Assembly: GCA_002269645.1 (NCBI GenBank)
Contig: NIVC01002131.1
Location: 1 to 64,000, forward strand
Direction of reading: 5' to 3'
Length of the DNA stretch: 64,000 nt
Source of the DNA: Macrostomum lignano
Taxonomy: Eukaryota
Positions 1 to 11,746 of this stretch are shown in pieces. The stretch's first letter is position 1; the number at the start of each line of letters is the position of its first letter. Under the pieces are notes generated by a model, which saw only the letters and a list, made by a program, of their open reading frames with translations, was not told the DNA's origin and did no database searches. The position numbers and the translations under genes are program-made.

Positions 1-3000
1 TGTCTTGTAAAGATCTTCAAGCTTTTCGCTAACTTCGGCAGCTCCAGCTAAAGCTCCAACATAGTAGAGTCGCACCTTTCCAAGGAAGCAGCCGAATTTG
101 CGACCCTCCTCGTCGCCGGTCATCTGATTGCAGCGCTGCTGCAGATTGATTTCTTCAAACACATCCTCGAAGCCGTTGTACTTCACGATGCCGAGGCTGC
201 CGTCATGTCTTCATCAGACTTTGCTACATTCGATTCAATTTCAGAACTAATTTGGTAAAGCTCGCCCAGTCGTTTTGCAGCCGCCCTTAGCGATTCCGGA
301 TCGCCAATAGTCACCTCCGCGTCCTCCAGGCTGGTTCGATAAAACTCGAGCGATCGCCCTCCAAGTAGTTGACGGCCTTGGTTGAGTCGTCTTCCTTCGA
401 TAGATAGTACTTGCACCACCAGTCGGGTTTGGTCTTAGAGAGGGTCTCATCGCCCAGAGCAGCCCTGACGTTGAACTCTTCCAGGCCGTCCGTTTCCACG
501 GTGCCCTGTTCATTGTCAGGCGCAACAAAACTAAAAATTGCACTGCGAAGTCTCGCCTTGAAACCTTGAGACTTCGACTTTTGAGTGAGCATCGTATTCA
601 ATTGCTTAATCTGGAAGTCGCTGAGCACAGCAGTTGGGTGCAATACAGGCGGCGGCTCCAACAGGAAGAAGAACTCGCGGGAAAAGTCTTGCCGCAAAGG
701 ATGATGCACATGATTGTATGTCTCATTCTGGGCCCTGGACATTGTGCGGATTCGGCCGCACAGGTCATTTAGAAAGAAGTCGATCTCCTCGGGGTCCAGC
801 TCCTCAAGGCGAACCTACATGGGCATTGAGGATCAGAAGGATTAAGCTGATAATTATTCTGACTTCTAGACAAGTTGACTCCATTTTTAATTAACGAGTT
901 TAGGATAAAAGAGAAAAATATAAGTGATATTATCACAAAATGTGATAACGTATAAACGTGTTAATGCACCCATTAAAATCTCAATCCTATAGGAGTAAAA
1001 TTATGCCGCTGTTGTCACAATCAAATGGAACAGACACTGACGCTGGAATAAAGCAGTTAAAAAACAGCCGTGTGGCATACCTGGTCTTTGAACCGGCACA
1101 CGTGCAGGGGTATCTTAGCCATGCCAGTAAGCGGCGTCCGACCAAACGACCTGGCATCCCTGGCAACAATAAACAGCTCCGGCAGGTAGGCGATCTCCAC
1201 TGGCAGAAAGATCAGCAGCGAGTGAGACATCTGGGAAAAATTTGGGCTCTTCTCAAGCGTTAAACTCTTTGTCTGAATAACATTGTGCCCTATGCGAAAC
1301 TCGATTGTCGGCCTGGTCACGCTTGAAAGCATGTACTTGCGCAGCTGGCGCAAACCCCACGAGGTAATCTTTAGTACGTGAGGCGCAAGCACGGGCAGAA
1401 TGGCGTCTGGTATTTCAAACCGGCGCATATTGTCCAGCACAACTCGATCCTTTTGAACAACTCCACCATGTTCTTCGACGGTGGAGTTAGAAAAGAATTC
1501 TCAAAGATTTTTGCCGACGGTCGAAACGTGTCCCGATGTCGAAAGTGGAAACCGGCCAGCACACAGCCCGCGTCTTCTATGTTAAGCAGGTGCACTTTGC
1601 CATTGGAGCACAGGTACGCGGTCTTCCGTCTGATTCTCATCTACCTGAACGACAAAGTTCTCGCTATCTACAATGCATCGACCGAGGAACATGTCGTTGT
1701 GTATTGGTAGCTTGCGAAAAAATTCAATCACAACAACTGGCGGCGTTGCTGCTACCTGCTCCACGTCCTCATGGAATACCAAGTTGCGAAAGATGATTGT
1801 CTCATTCCATCGCCACAGCTGAGTTTGAAGTCGTTCTCAATTATTGAGGAGGCGACGCTGACACCGGCCACGCTTAGGATGGCGTACAGGTACAGCCGAT
1901 CCTTCCTGTCGGCTACGATCAAGTCGCGAGCCTCGTGAAAGTAGCATCGCATCTCCCAGCGGCAGATTTGCTGCGCATCTACGATTGCCGTCACCGTGGT
2001 GGGCGCCGGAAACTGGTCAATGCTGTTAAACAGGCAGCAGAGGCGCGACTTTTTTCCTACCCTGCGCTGCACCATAAATGTTGGATAAGGAGCCAATTTT
2101 ATGGTGCGATCTCGTATCGTGGATTGCAGGCTCAGACTGACCTCGCCAGGGTCAATCGAGCGCCGGAGCCGAACCCGCTTCAACCTGTCGCCTTTCTGCG
2201 GGCTCATATGAAAAACACTCTCTGTTAGTGACTGGCCGTATTCAGTGCAGCCATGATTCTCTGGGACGGCCTTATCATCAGAATTAATTGGCACGTCAAG
2301 AGCAATCTTGCGCCGCTCAAGAACCACCTCGACTAGCCGCTTGTCACTGCTAACCATTGGCTCCATCATTTCCTGCCAATCGTCAATCCATCTAAAAACC
2401 CGAGTCTTCGGATTTTCATCGCCGGATTCCTTTGATGAGACTGAATCACGATTTTGACCAAACTGCCAGAGTGAATCGCTGACTAAGTCGACAGGCAGTG
2501 GACTCAGATTTTGCAGCTGCGTCCAACTTCGAATTGCATTCCTATTGAGCTCAATTTGCTTGTTAAAACCATCGAATCTGTTTATGCGCGTCAGGTTCCA
2601 GCGCTTGTCGCTCGATCTAACAAACGTGATATTGATGGACTCCGTATAAACTACATCCCGACGTCTCCGTTTCCTCTGCAGTTGCTTCCGAGCAAAATTG
2701 CTTTCCAGCCTTACTGTTGTTGTTACCTCTTTTGGGGAGAACTTCATGTCCTTGCAGTACTCTTCTGAGTCCTTCACCTCTATCCAGCCAACTTCCTCAC
2801 CCGTCAGCGGATCCTTTTCCATCACTACAATCCATCGTTGGGGATCGATGTTAAAATCGACGTCCGGCCGGTTGCCCGTGACCGGGATGCGAACCATTCC
2901 CTCGGTGTAATAGCCTAGGAAGCGCCAGTGCGCGGCTTTGCTTCGGTCTACCGGATTCTCGCGCATGTGCACCATGTATGCGTAGTCATATACTGTCTCC

Positions 3001-6000
3001 ACCAGCGAGTTCACCAGCACGGAAGTATCCGGCCAGGGTGACCACTCGCTGGTCCACCTCCAGTTGGCCGAGTTATCCTCGTCTGTCTGGCAGAGTTTAT
3101 CTTTGATCAGGCTGCTGCTTGCATCAATTGAGTTGACTCCAGACGCGTCGGTCTTGAAGTTGAGCAGCTCGGGAGTCTGTTGTCCGCCACAAACTGAATC
3201 AAAGAAGCTGCTAATTTTTGTGCATTCATAGATGATGCCGTAGTAGCTGACAGGAGGCAGCACGCCGTTGCGCATTGTTGTGCTCAGGCCGAAAAGCAGT
3301 TTTATTCGAGCCATGCAAGGAATAGGCCAGTAGGCCTCGGGATCGATTCCCCTTAGCCCGGGAATGTGCTTGAAGAAGATTGTTTCCATTCTATTGGCTT
3401 TTGAGCCTCGATAGCGAGTCAAATCCGGTGTGGATTTGTCCAGAGAGTCAGCCAGCGTATACTGCACCGCGTCCACCTGGCAGTAATAAATACTAGCAAC
3501 GGGCAGGCGCGCATATGCTTTACGCTCGTTATTGACCAGCATGTATATAAATACATCCGGTATGCTGAGCTGCGGTTCCTTTTTAATGTTTTCCAATAAG
3601 AGTGAAACATCTGTCAATTTTTCGCATAGTTGAGAGGCGACTCGGTTCATCTCAATCTGCCTATTCGAATTCGCAGCAGCGATAGCCATTCTGTGAATGG
3701 TGTTCAGCTTGTCGAAGATATCTTTGAGCTGCTGGCAGCGCATCGCCTTCCACTGCTTATCCATATCGTTCATGCCCGCCTCCATAGCGGTGCTGCTGGC
3801 ACAGGAGTCTGAGACATGCACTGCTGAAGCTCGCAGCAGAGGCTCCTGATGGACAAGAGAACTCGATCCCGAGGCAGTCCCAGCTTGTAGCTCATGACTA
3901 TCAGACTTTTGCTCCGCTCCCAACTTGCATGCAGATTAACTACGTAATTGTAAAAGTGCATTCGGTAGCGGATATCCTCCCAGCTGCTCTCGATGAGGAA
4001 GGCCGGCTTCTCATTGTCCAGCGTTAGGGTTGAGTACGAGTGGCCGCTGAGCAACCGCTGTGTCTTCAAGATCTCCTTGGGTTAATGCTGAATGAGATTG
4101 ACGGATAGCAGTTCGAATGGGTGGCGGCGCTCATGCTATTGACGCCGTTGTGCCCAATTGAGAGCTCGAACTGGACGGGGCTCTTGGCATCGGCCACAAG
4201 AGGCACAGCGCTGATTGTCCCAAACAGTAGGAAGGTGTTGGACCTGGCATACGCCTGTAAGTCTCGCTGCTCCTTGGCGCCAAGCTCGAGATCTCGGATG
4301 CCAGTATCGTCCGCGGCGCTCTCGCAGAACTCGCTCTGTAGGCGGACGAATACGCGACCCCGGTAGGCGCAGCCCTCAATAGTGCCGTCGTTCATCTCGC
4401 GAATATACTGAATATCAATTTTATCCTCAAACGTGTCCAGAGGCGCGCCGTACATATTAACAAAACAAGGCCCGATTTTTGGCATGAAGCCGTCATCCTT
4501 TGACGTCTGCTTTGAGCCATCAGTTTTTTCATGATTTTTTTTACCGACGGCCCCTGCTTCGTGGTGTATTTCATCGGAGCGGCGCCGATTTCCGTCGTAG
4601 GTTCGCTCATACAATGACGTTTGCTGCTCAGCACTTTTCGTAGCCATGGAATTAACATTCCGTCTTAGCGCTGTCGCACTCTCCACCGCAATGTCCTGAA
4701 TGCAAAACGAGTGGCAACAGAGAGGTGTTAAAGACTTTTCGCGGGCAGAGTATAGGTTAAAGTTGAGCTTGGTGCACATAGAAGGCCAAGACACAGTAAG
4801 TCGCAGGATTTTTTTAACTTGCAGAGGCTCCGATACAGAATCTGGCAGGAAAATTGGCTCCGTAACCACCGACTTGCCGGCAAAAGATAGCCCCATAGCC
4901 ACGCTGGTTACCTGGGCGAGGTGCATTGTTGACGATGAATCGATTATGCATGATAATGTGGTTTTGCGAGAAACGATTACTTTATAGTAGTAAGCCTAAT
5001 ACCCTCAGTTCTTTCTTATAAAATAGCTTTCCACCTGGGCTCAATAATCTTAAACGTTAGCGATGTTTGTTACGAGTGATTTCAAACACATTAAAATGTA
5101 ACCAACTTGCTGGCGACTGTAAAAGCATCTATCCAGCACCCAATCATGCCTTAAATATCGTCCACTCAAACCTTTTGTCCCTTGATATCGTGTGTTGGAA
5201 TATCCTGCATTACATAAACCGACAGTATGAAGGTAATCTTTAGGAATGCGTAGCCTGAGCAGGTTAGCACAGTAGATTCCAGGTCTTCAACGCTGGAATT
5301 ATGAGCCAACGGGTCCGGCCATTGAGCTTCCGGCTCGTTGGGGAACACCAGGGCCACGCAGACCTGCAAGAATCCTTTGCACATGGTGGCTGGGTCCTTC
5401 GGATCGACAATAGCCAACCAACGGTTGAACATGGACCGATCGCGTTCGCCAGCCACCAGCACGGTGCTGAGCTGGAACTCGCCAATGAGCAGGTTGCGCC
5501 TGAACATTCGACTGTTCACCACGCGAAATGTGACATTCTCGCGCAGCAGGGTTTCAACATTGGTCAGGCAGCTAAAATGGAAACTCTCGCCCCAGAATGG
5601 CTGATTTGTGCTGCTCGTCTCTCTCTGGGTCCAACGCTTCTGCTTCATAAATAAGACGCACACCTGGTTGATTTTGAGCGAAGCTGAGAAATTTTATTCA
5701 GTTAAGATAGTATGTTGATATTAGACCCCATTGTCTATAGACACGTAGACAGACTCAACCCCTGGAGAAACGTCTCAACCTATACAGAAACGTAGACCCA
5801 ACACCCTATAGAAACGTATACTCAACCCCCTACAGAAACGTAGACTCAACCCCTTACAGAAACATATACTCAACCCCCTACAGAAACGTAGACTCAACCT
5901 CCTACAGAAACATATACTCAACCTCCTACAGAAACGTAGACTCAACCTCCTACAGAAACATATACTCAACCTCCTACAGAAACGTAGACTCAACCCCCTA

Positions 6001-7938
6001 CAGAAACGTAGACTCAACCCCTTACAGAAACATATACTCAACCCCCTACAGAAACGTAGACTCAACCCCCTACAGAAACATATACTCAACCTCCTACAGA
6101 AACGTAGACTCAACCCCCTACAGAAACATATACTCAACCCCCTACAGAAACGTATACTCAACCCCCTACTGAAACATATACTCAACCTCCTACAGAAACA
6201 TATACTCAACCCCCTACAAAAACATATACTCAACCTCCTACAGAAACGTATACTCAACCTCCTACAGAAACGTATACTCAACCTCCTACAGAAACGTATA
6301 CTCAACCCCCTACAGAAACATATACTCAACCTCCGGACTTCTTCAAGTTTATGTTGATAAAATAGTTTCAATTTGGATAGGATCATAATTTTGTCTTTTA
6401 TGGGTTTTTGATGGTGCTGATTTCAAATTTGAGCTCCATTTTTAGGTAGCTTTAACCCAATTATATGTAGCTTAAAACCAACCACCGGGACATGGGGAAT
6501 GGGAGCTTTTTGGGTGGGGAGATTCTTTATGGGGATTGATTTTATCAACATAAACTTGAATAGAGGCATAGAGACCTATTCAAGATTGTGTTGATAAATT
6601 CCAATTCTAATAGGGGGGGGGGGGTGAAACAAGTTGGAATTTATTTGACAATGAATCTCTGTTTAATTATATCAACATAAACTTGAATCAACATAACTTT
6701 ATCTAAATGAATTTGCTTACCGAAATTAAGTGCTGTTACTGCCTTAATACAATAGAATTAGTAATCTAGCCTTGTACAGTAGTTGGTTTTGAGGTGCGAA
6801 ATACAAGTGCGAGTTTTGAACGTTGCTTTGGCTGGGTGCAGTGAAAGTGCAAGTGCAAAGATTGAGCGGGTTGTGACGTGGCAGTTTTTAAAAAAAGCAC
6901 ACAGTGACGTGGCACTGTCTATGCATTATAACTAAATTGAAAAACTATAAAAAACATTTGCATATTAATTTGTAGATATTAATATTCATCTTTAATTGGC
7001 CTAATGAAGTTTTAGCACATGTGCCATAAAATTAAAAGTCAAGTGGATACACTTTCAAAAATGTATTTGTAGAAACTTTTTCTCACCGAACCTCATTAAG
7101 AGAATAGGGAATCAAGTAAATCGTCATTGCATCAACCGTACAGGTAACTTTCTACACTTTTTTTTGCATTTTTGTAATTTTGGGTGCCCCATAAGTCTCC
7201 ACCGCAAGTTTTAGAAAAATCGAAAAATCGGAAGTATTTTATCAACATAAACTTGAAGAAGTCCCAACCTCCTACAGAAACGTAGACTCAACCTCCTACA
7301 GAAACGTATACTCAACCTCCTACAGAAACGTAGACTCAACCTCCTACAGAAACGTATACTCAACCTCCTACAGAAACGTAGACTCAACCCCCTACAGAAA
7401 CATATACTCAACCTCCTACAGAAACGTATACTCAACCTCCTACAGAAACGTAGACTCAACCCCCTACAGAAACGTAGACTCAACCTCCTACAGAAACGTA
7501 GACTCAACCTCCTACAGAAACGTAGACTCAACCTCCTACAGAAACGTAGACTAAACCTCCTACAGAAACGTAGACTCAACCCCCTACAGAAACATATACT
7601 CAACCTCCTACAGAAACGTATACTCAACCTCCTACAGAAACGTAGACTCAACCCCTTACAGAAACGTATACTCAACCTCCTACAGAAATGTAGACCCAAG
7701 CAGCCATGAAAGACCCAGAATAAGTTACTATATAGCTCACTATTTATATCAATTATAATCATATTTAAGGTTTAACCTTGGGTGACACATTGCCGCCCTG
7801 AATCTGCCGGCCACGAACGATGCGCACTTTAACAGCAAATTGATGCTCGCCTCGACGCAAATCGTCCCGGATACTGTCAAAAGTCTCTAACAGGATGTTT
7901 CGCTTTCGACCAGTGGCTTCCTCGTCTGGCTTGGCCAT
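1..7938 (-). CDS. Type I ferlin (dysferlin/myoferlin-like), divergent; 3' end lies outside the window; six apparent frameshifts
   Basis: Exons: 7938-7777 (MAKPDEE...QFAVKVRIVRGRQIQGGNVSPK); 5663-5172 (rest of C2B, FerI, start of C2C); about 4990/4914-1081 (C2C 'LSFAGKSV', 'FVNMYGAP', 'GCAYRGRVFV', 'SSWEDIRYR', FerA/FerB, DysF-like W-rich region, C2D 'WEMRCYFHEARDL', C2E 'ITSWGLRQL..KSPNF..SFGRTPLTG'); 814-315 ('PDWWCKYY', 'LEFYRTSLE'); 180-1 ('YNGFEDVF..GCFLGKVRLY'). Motif order matches known ferlins. Most junctions are GT-AG and in phase; the acceptor of the large exon and the 314-181 intron are uncertain. Confidence 0.92.
5752..7700. repeat. 24-bp minisatellite (ctcaacctcctacagaaacgtaga) in a ferlin intron, split in two (5752-6334, 7265-7700) by a MITE
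   Basis: Direct tandem units; explains the 8-aa-periodic ORFs 5775-6386 and 7211-7762. Confidence 0.97.
6335..7264. mobile_element. 930-bp non-autonomous DNA transposon (MITE) with 30-bp perfect TIRs and an 8-bp TSD
   Basis: Left end ggacttcttcaagtttatgttgataaaata (6335-6364) is the exact reverse complement of 7235-7264; caacctcc is duplicated at 6327-6334 and 7265-7272; the TIR motif recurs internally at about 6540-6700. Confidence 0.92.
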
Positions 7939-8234
7939 GGCTCTGGATACCTGTGTCAGCTGCTATAACGCAAAACAAACAAAAAGAAAAAGTAAATTTA
8001 AATAAATTAACTGCTCATCTCGTGCATTCTACCGAAAAGAGAGTTTGGCCATAGATATCTCTGAGCTGAGTAAGCATACCAGAAAATGTAACGGACATGT
8101 TGAGACATGTTGAGACATCGCATAACTCATTGTCTATGGCATGGCACCAAAGCAATACTTTCAATGTTTGTTGCTGCATAAGTTCTGAAAATACCTAGGA
8201 TTGACATCAAGCGCAGGACTTATCCATACACACC

Positions 8235-8781
8235 ATGGCGATAGGTGAAAAAAATCAGACGACACCTGTCTCGCAACCGTCTACAAATAGGACTGGCATG
8301 GACCTGATTATGGTGCTGTTCACCATATTCACTGTGCTCAATCTGCTCATGATAATTCTCGTGAGCGCAATGCTAATTCAAAAGAGACGTCTTCAACATC
8401 GTCGAAAGCTGGCTTCTCAGAATGGCGATCAAATGTGAGTCCAGACTGGGTTCGCTTTAGTGCCCCAATGCGTATTAAGAAAGCACCCCGACTACTTCCA
8501 GTAGAGTACAAAATATACTGGGCGCGCATTTGAAAGTTTTCTACAAACTACTCAAACCAGTCGCCAGAACCAGACCTACATGTAGATCCCGTGCACTTTT
8601 GCTTTTTAGCGGCTCCTACAAACTGCGCACGCGAAGCACGCCGAAAATGCCAAAGGTCGAATCAAAGATTCCAATAGCGGAAATCAAGAACCAATCAATG
8701 GACAACGTCGACAACACAGTTTCGGAGGATTATTTTATAGACTCGATAAACAGAACGGCGTCAAAAATGGGCAATTATTGA
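8235..8781 (+). CDS. Orphan 123-aa single-pass membrane protein (2 exons)
   Basis: caccATGg start; exon 8235-8434 ends AT|gtgagt; acceptor gctttttag|C at 8610 keeps the frame to TGA at 8781. Hydrophobic LIMVLFTIFTVLNLLMIILVSAMLI is followed by QKRR. Confidence 0.65.
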
Positions 8782-8934
8782 CGTTTTTTCTGGTTGTATC
8801 AAAAGTACTGTTTCAGCCATCGTATACTGACTTGAAGTTGTAATTTATCTCCTCCTGTAATAATTTATTAAGTCAGTTCTACAAACTTTCCTTTAAATTG
8901 TGAGGTTCTCTATTACTAGTAGTCTTAAATGAGG

Positions 8935-9115
8935 ATGTATGACCAACGGCCTTGAGTTGACCTTGAGGCGGATATAAGGCCAATTACCTTGAGTGACCTT
9001 GAGAGGGATATAAGACCAACGGCCTTGAGTGACCTTGAGAGGGAGACAAGGCCAGACCATGAGTAACCTTGGCGGGATATACGGCCAACGGCCTTGAATG
9101 ACTCTGGCAGGGATA
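8935..9115. repeat. Degenerate ~35-bp tandem repeat (ccaacggccttgagtgaccttgagagggatataa)
   Basis: About five imperfect units; shares gagtgacctt with the downstream 34-bp array. Confidence 0.7.
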
Positions 9116-9589
9116 AAAAGCTAAAAATCTTCGATGACTGGAGCGGATTGAAATTTCAGATTTACTCGCTTTGGTTAACTACGTCGCTTTTCTTTTTCAG
9201 GGCTAGCACTTGCATTTACTTTATTAAAAAGTCATTACTGATGTTTTGCGCTCGTAAGCAATACTAATTTTTTGATCGATATAATATTGTAAGGCATTGC
9301 GTAACTAGATGTACTATAAAAATAGATGATAGGTATAAAGATGCTCAATCAATCTGATACTTACTGTCTGGTCTCGAGTACCAGTTTCTGCTTCAAGCCT
9401 TAGTAATTTTCAAATGAATGTAACTATTTGGTAAAGCTAAGCTCAAAATGGCTGCACAGCTTAAAGTTTATTAATTACAAAATCATTCTACAGGAGAATT
9501 CTGTATCATAATCATAATCCGAAAATTCCTATAATCCATTGTCTGCAATTTTACATAAGAAACTTTGCTTTAATTCCCATAGGGCTTGA

Positions 9590-10275
9590 GTGACCTTGGG
9601 AGCAGAAACTCCAGATTTGAGTCAACTTGCATGTGGGAGTGACATAGCCAGCATTGAGTGACCTTAGGAGTGACAGTATAGCCAGAATTGAGTGACCTTA
9701 GGAGTGACAGTATAGCCAGCATTGAGTGACCTTAGGAGTGAAAGTATTTTTTTATTAGAGGCAGGGGGGTTGTGTGCACCCTGGCGCACTTTAAGCGACA
9801 TTGGCACACAACCGGCGAGAGGCATTACTGCCCATTCCGCGACTCCCCTGAGCAGGCATACAAGCGCACGGATACGTACGCAGGCACACACTCACATAGG
9901 AGTGTACAGCAGCCCTAACTTTATTTTATCGTTAGGCATGTACACTTCACTGCGCCTTGGGGGGTTGGCTCTCAAGGCCGTTAATTGCACGAGCAGAGCC
10001 AAGTCGAGATTCCAATTCAGCCCCAAATTAATGTGACTGCAACTGCACTTGGAATCGAGCCTGGGTCGCTGGCACACCAGAGCCTGCGCTAGACCGCTGG
10101 GCTACGGCCCCCCGGAGTGAAAGTATAGTCAGCATTGAGTGACATTAGGAGTGACAGTATAGCCAGCATTGAGTGACCTTAGGAGTGACAGTATAGCCAG
10201 CATTGAGTGACCTTAGGAGTGACAGTATAGCCAGCATTGAGTGACCTTAGGAGTGACAGCTTAGCCAGAATTGAG
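9590..10275. repeat. 34-bp minisatellite (gagtgaccttaggagtgacagtatagccagcatt) interrupted by a SINE
   Basis: Units at about 9590-9747 and 10114-10275. Confidence 0.9.
9748..10113 (-). mobile_element. Full-length tRNA-derived SINE with 13-bp TSD
   Basis: Minus strand starts GGGGGCCGTAGCCCAGCGGTCTAGCG (A box), has GCTCGATTCC (B-box-like) and ends CTCTAATAAAAAAA; ggagtgaaagtat is duplicated at 9735-9747 and 10114-10126. Confidence 0.9.
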
Positions 10276-10386
10276 TGACCTCTAAAGCGATAATAACCGA
10301 CAGACAAGGAGTGACAGACAGCCAGCCATGAGTGACAAATGTAAAAATCTGACTAAGGAGCCCGAGTTCGCCTTAAAATACATGAG

Positions 10387-10396
10387 CCATAATTGG
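10387..10396. promoter_or_regulatory. Consensus CArG box (CCATAATTGG), putative SRF site upstream of calponin
   Basis: Exact CC(A/T)6GG match about 1.36 kb upstream of the calponin ATG; function inferred. Confidence 0.35.
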
Positions 10397-11174
10397 ATTC
10401 TCCAGTTTTTTAGCACTTAACAACAGTTTTCTCAGCTTCTTTTACTGTCAAGAAAGCATATGAAGTTAGGAAGTCGCCAGCTTCAGTCGGACTAGCTTAA
10501 TTAGTTTAGAAGGCGATTAAATTTCTAGTTCTGTGCTAAGAAACGAAGTAAATGTACGTGTCTTTGGTAACGCGTCTTAAATTGCTTTCAATAAAGCTTT
10601 CAGTTTATTGGTCTTTAGTTAGTTGGACTTTCTACCAGCAGTGAGTGACATTTAAATTTACCAAACCGGCTGAAGTTGCTGGTATTTTTTCGTAGGCTTC
10701 GATAAGAAGGAAATTTCGACAGCATGTTGCATATTGTCTGGGCGCAGGCGCCCAGAGTAAAAGCCGACCACCAGCGCTTCTCTTCTTCATCAAGATTGAC
10801 TGAGCAAGTTGTTTAAGCCCTGTTGCGCATTTAGGGTACGCAGTCGTAAATCAGTCGGCGTAAACACAAGTATCTACCTATAGCTAAAGGGAATTAAGAG
10901 CCTTCAGGTATGGTGGGGAGGATTGAAGCGCCCCTACCGGCTTTGGCAACGCTGGGGCGGGCTGACAAAGCTTCAAAGCCATAGCGATACGAAAGAATTG
11001 AAAATTTGCCTCCATCGTTCCCCTCTAATGCTCCCGAATTCCGCATTCCCCAATGCCTGACATTTTCCTCTAGACCGCTTTGGCTCCCTTCACCCCACAC
11101 CAGCGGATTCTTCGCTCTTCCCCTAAACCGAAGGGAAGCTGGTTTGGGGGGGGGGTTAGAAAGAAAGGAACTGT

Positions 11175-11184
11175 CCATAAATGG
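11175..11184. promoter_or_regulatory. Consensus CArG box (CCATAAATGG), putative SRF site upstream of calponin
   Basis: Exact CC(A/T)6GG match about 570 bp upstream of the ATG; a TATAA-like motif lies at about 11598. Confidence 0.45.
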
Positions 11185-11320
11185 AAAGGTAAAGGTTAGA
11201 CATGGAAGATTCTGGAAGTTTTCCGCGGGGTCATTCGCTCGCGGAGAGCGGGGGGAAGGTGAAGCATCCAAAGCGTCTCTAGACTATCGATCGGGACAGC
11301 ACCGAATCCGTACAGCATGG

Positions 11321-11350
11321 CGCTGCTGCTGCTGCTGCTGCTGCTGCTGC
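11321..11350. repeat. (CTG)~10 microsatellite
   Basis: gctgctgctg... run upstream of calponin. Confidence 0.9.
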
Positions 11351-11746
11351 ATTTTGCAGAGCCGGGAACGAAGAGCGGTTCTAGCATTGGAAGATATGTC
11401 TGAACGTATCCAGGAGGATTCGGAGCGGGCGTTACGACCGAGGGTCAGACCATTCCTGCCCGATGTCACTGTGCGCTGGAACCAGTCTGCCACCAACCCC
11501 CTACTTTAGACCGAACCCGCTCCGGATCCATGCAGTTGCTTTTTTCGTTTATTCTCGGCCGCTCCCTCATTTTTATCTGTCCGGGCCCGACTCTCTGCTA
11601 TAAGATCAGCCAACGGAACATCGAGAGCTTGATAATTTCTGCGCTCGCTGGCCTTTTCGATTCTTAAGTTAGTTTTACCAACGAATTCTTTCGCCTGAAG
11701 TGTATTTTTTTTTGATCTGCGAACGTACTGAGTAGCTCGCGCAGTC

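Noticed and set aside
340-4080. Programmed ribosomal frameshifting in the ferlin
   Set aside because: No shared slippery or shifty-stop motif at the six sites, and the same pattern occurs in unrelated genes; assembly error is simpler.
10894-11509. Overlapping 125-167-aa ORFs with poly-Cys, poly-Gln or poly-Ser
   Set aside because: Products of the CTG run and GC-rich calponin upstream region; no homology cues.
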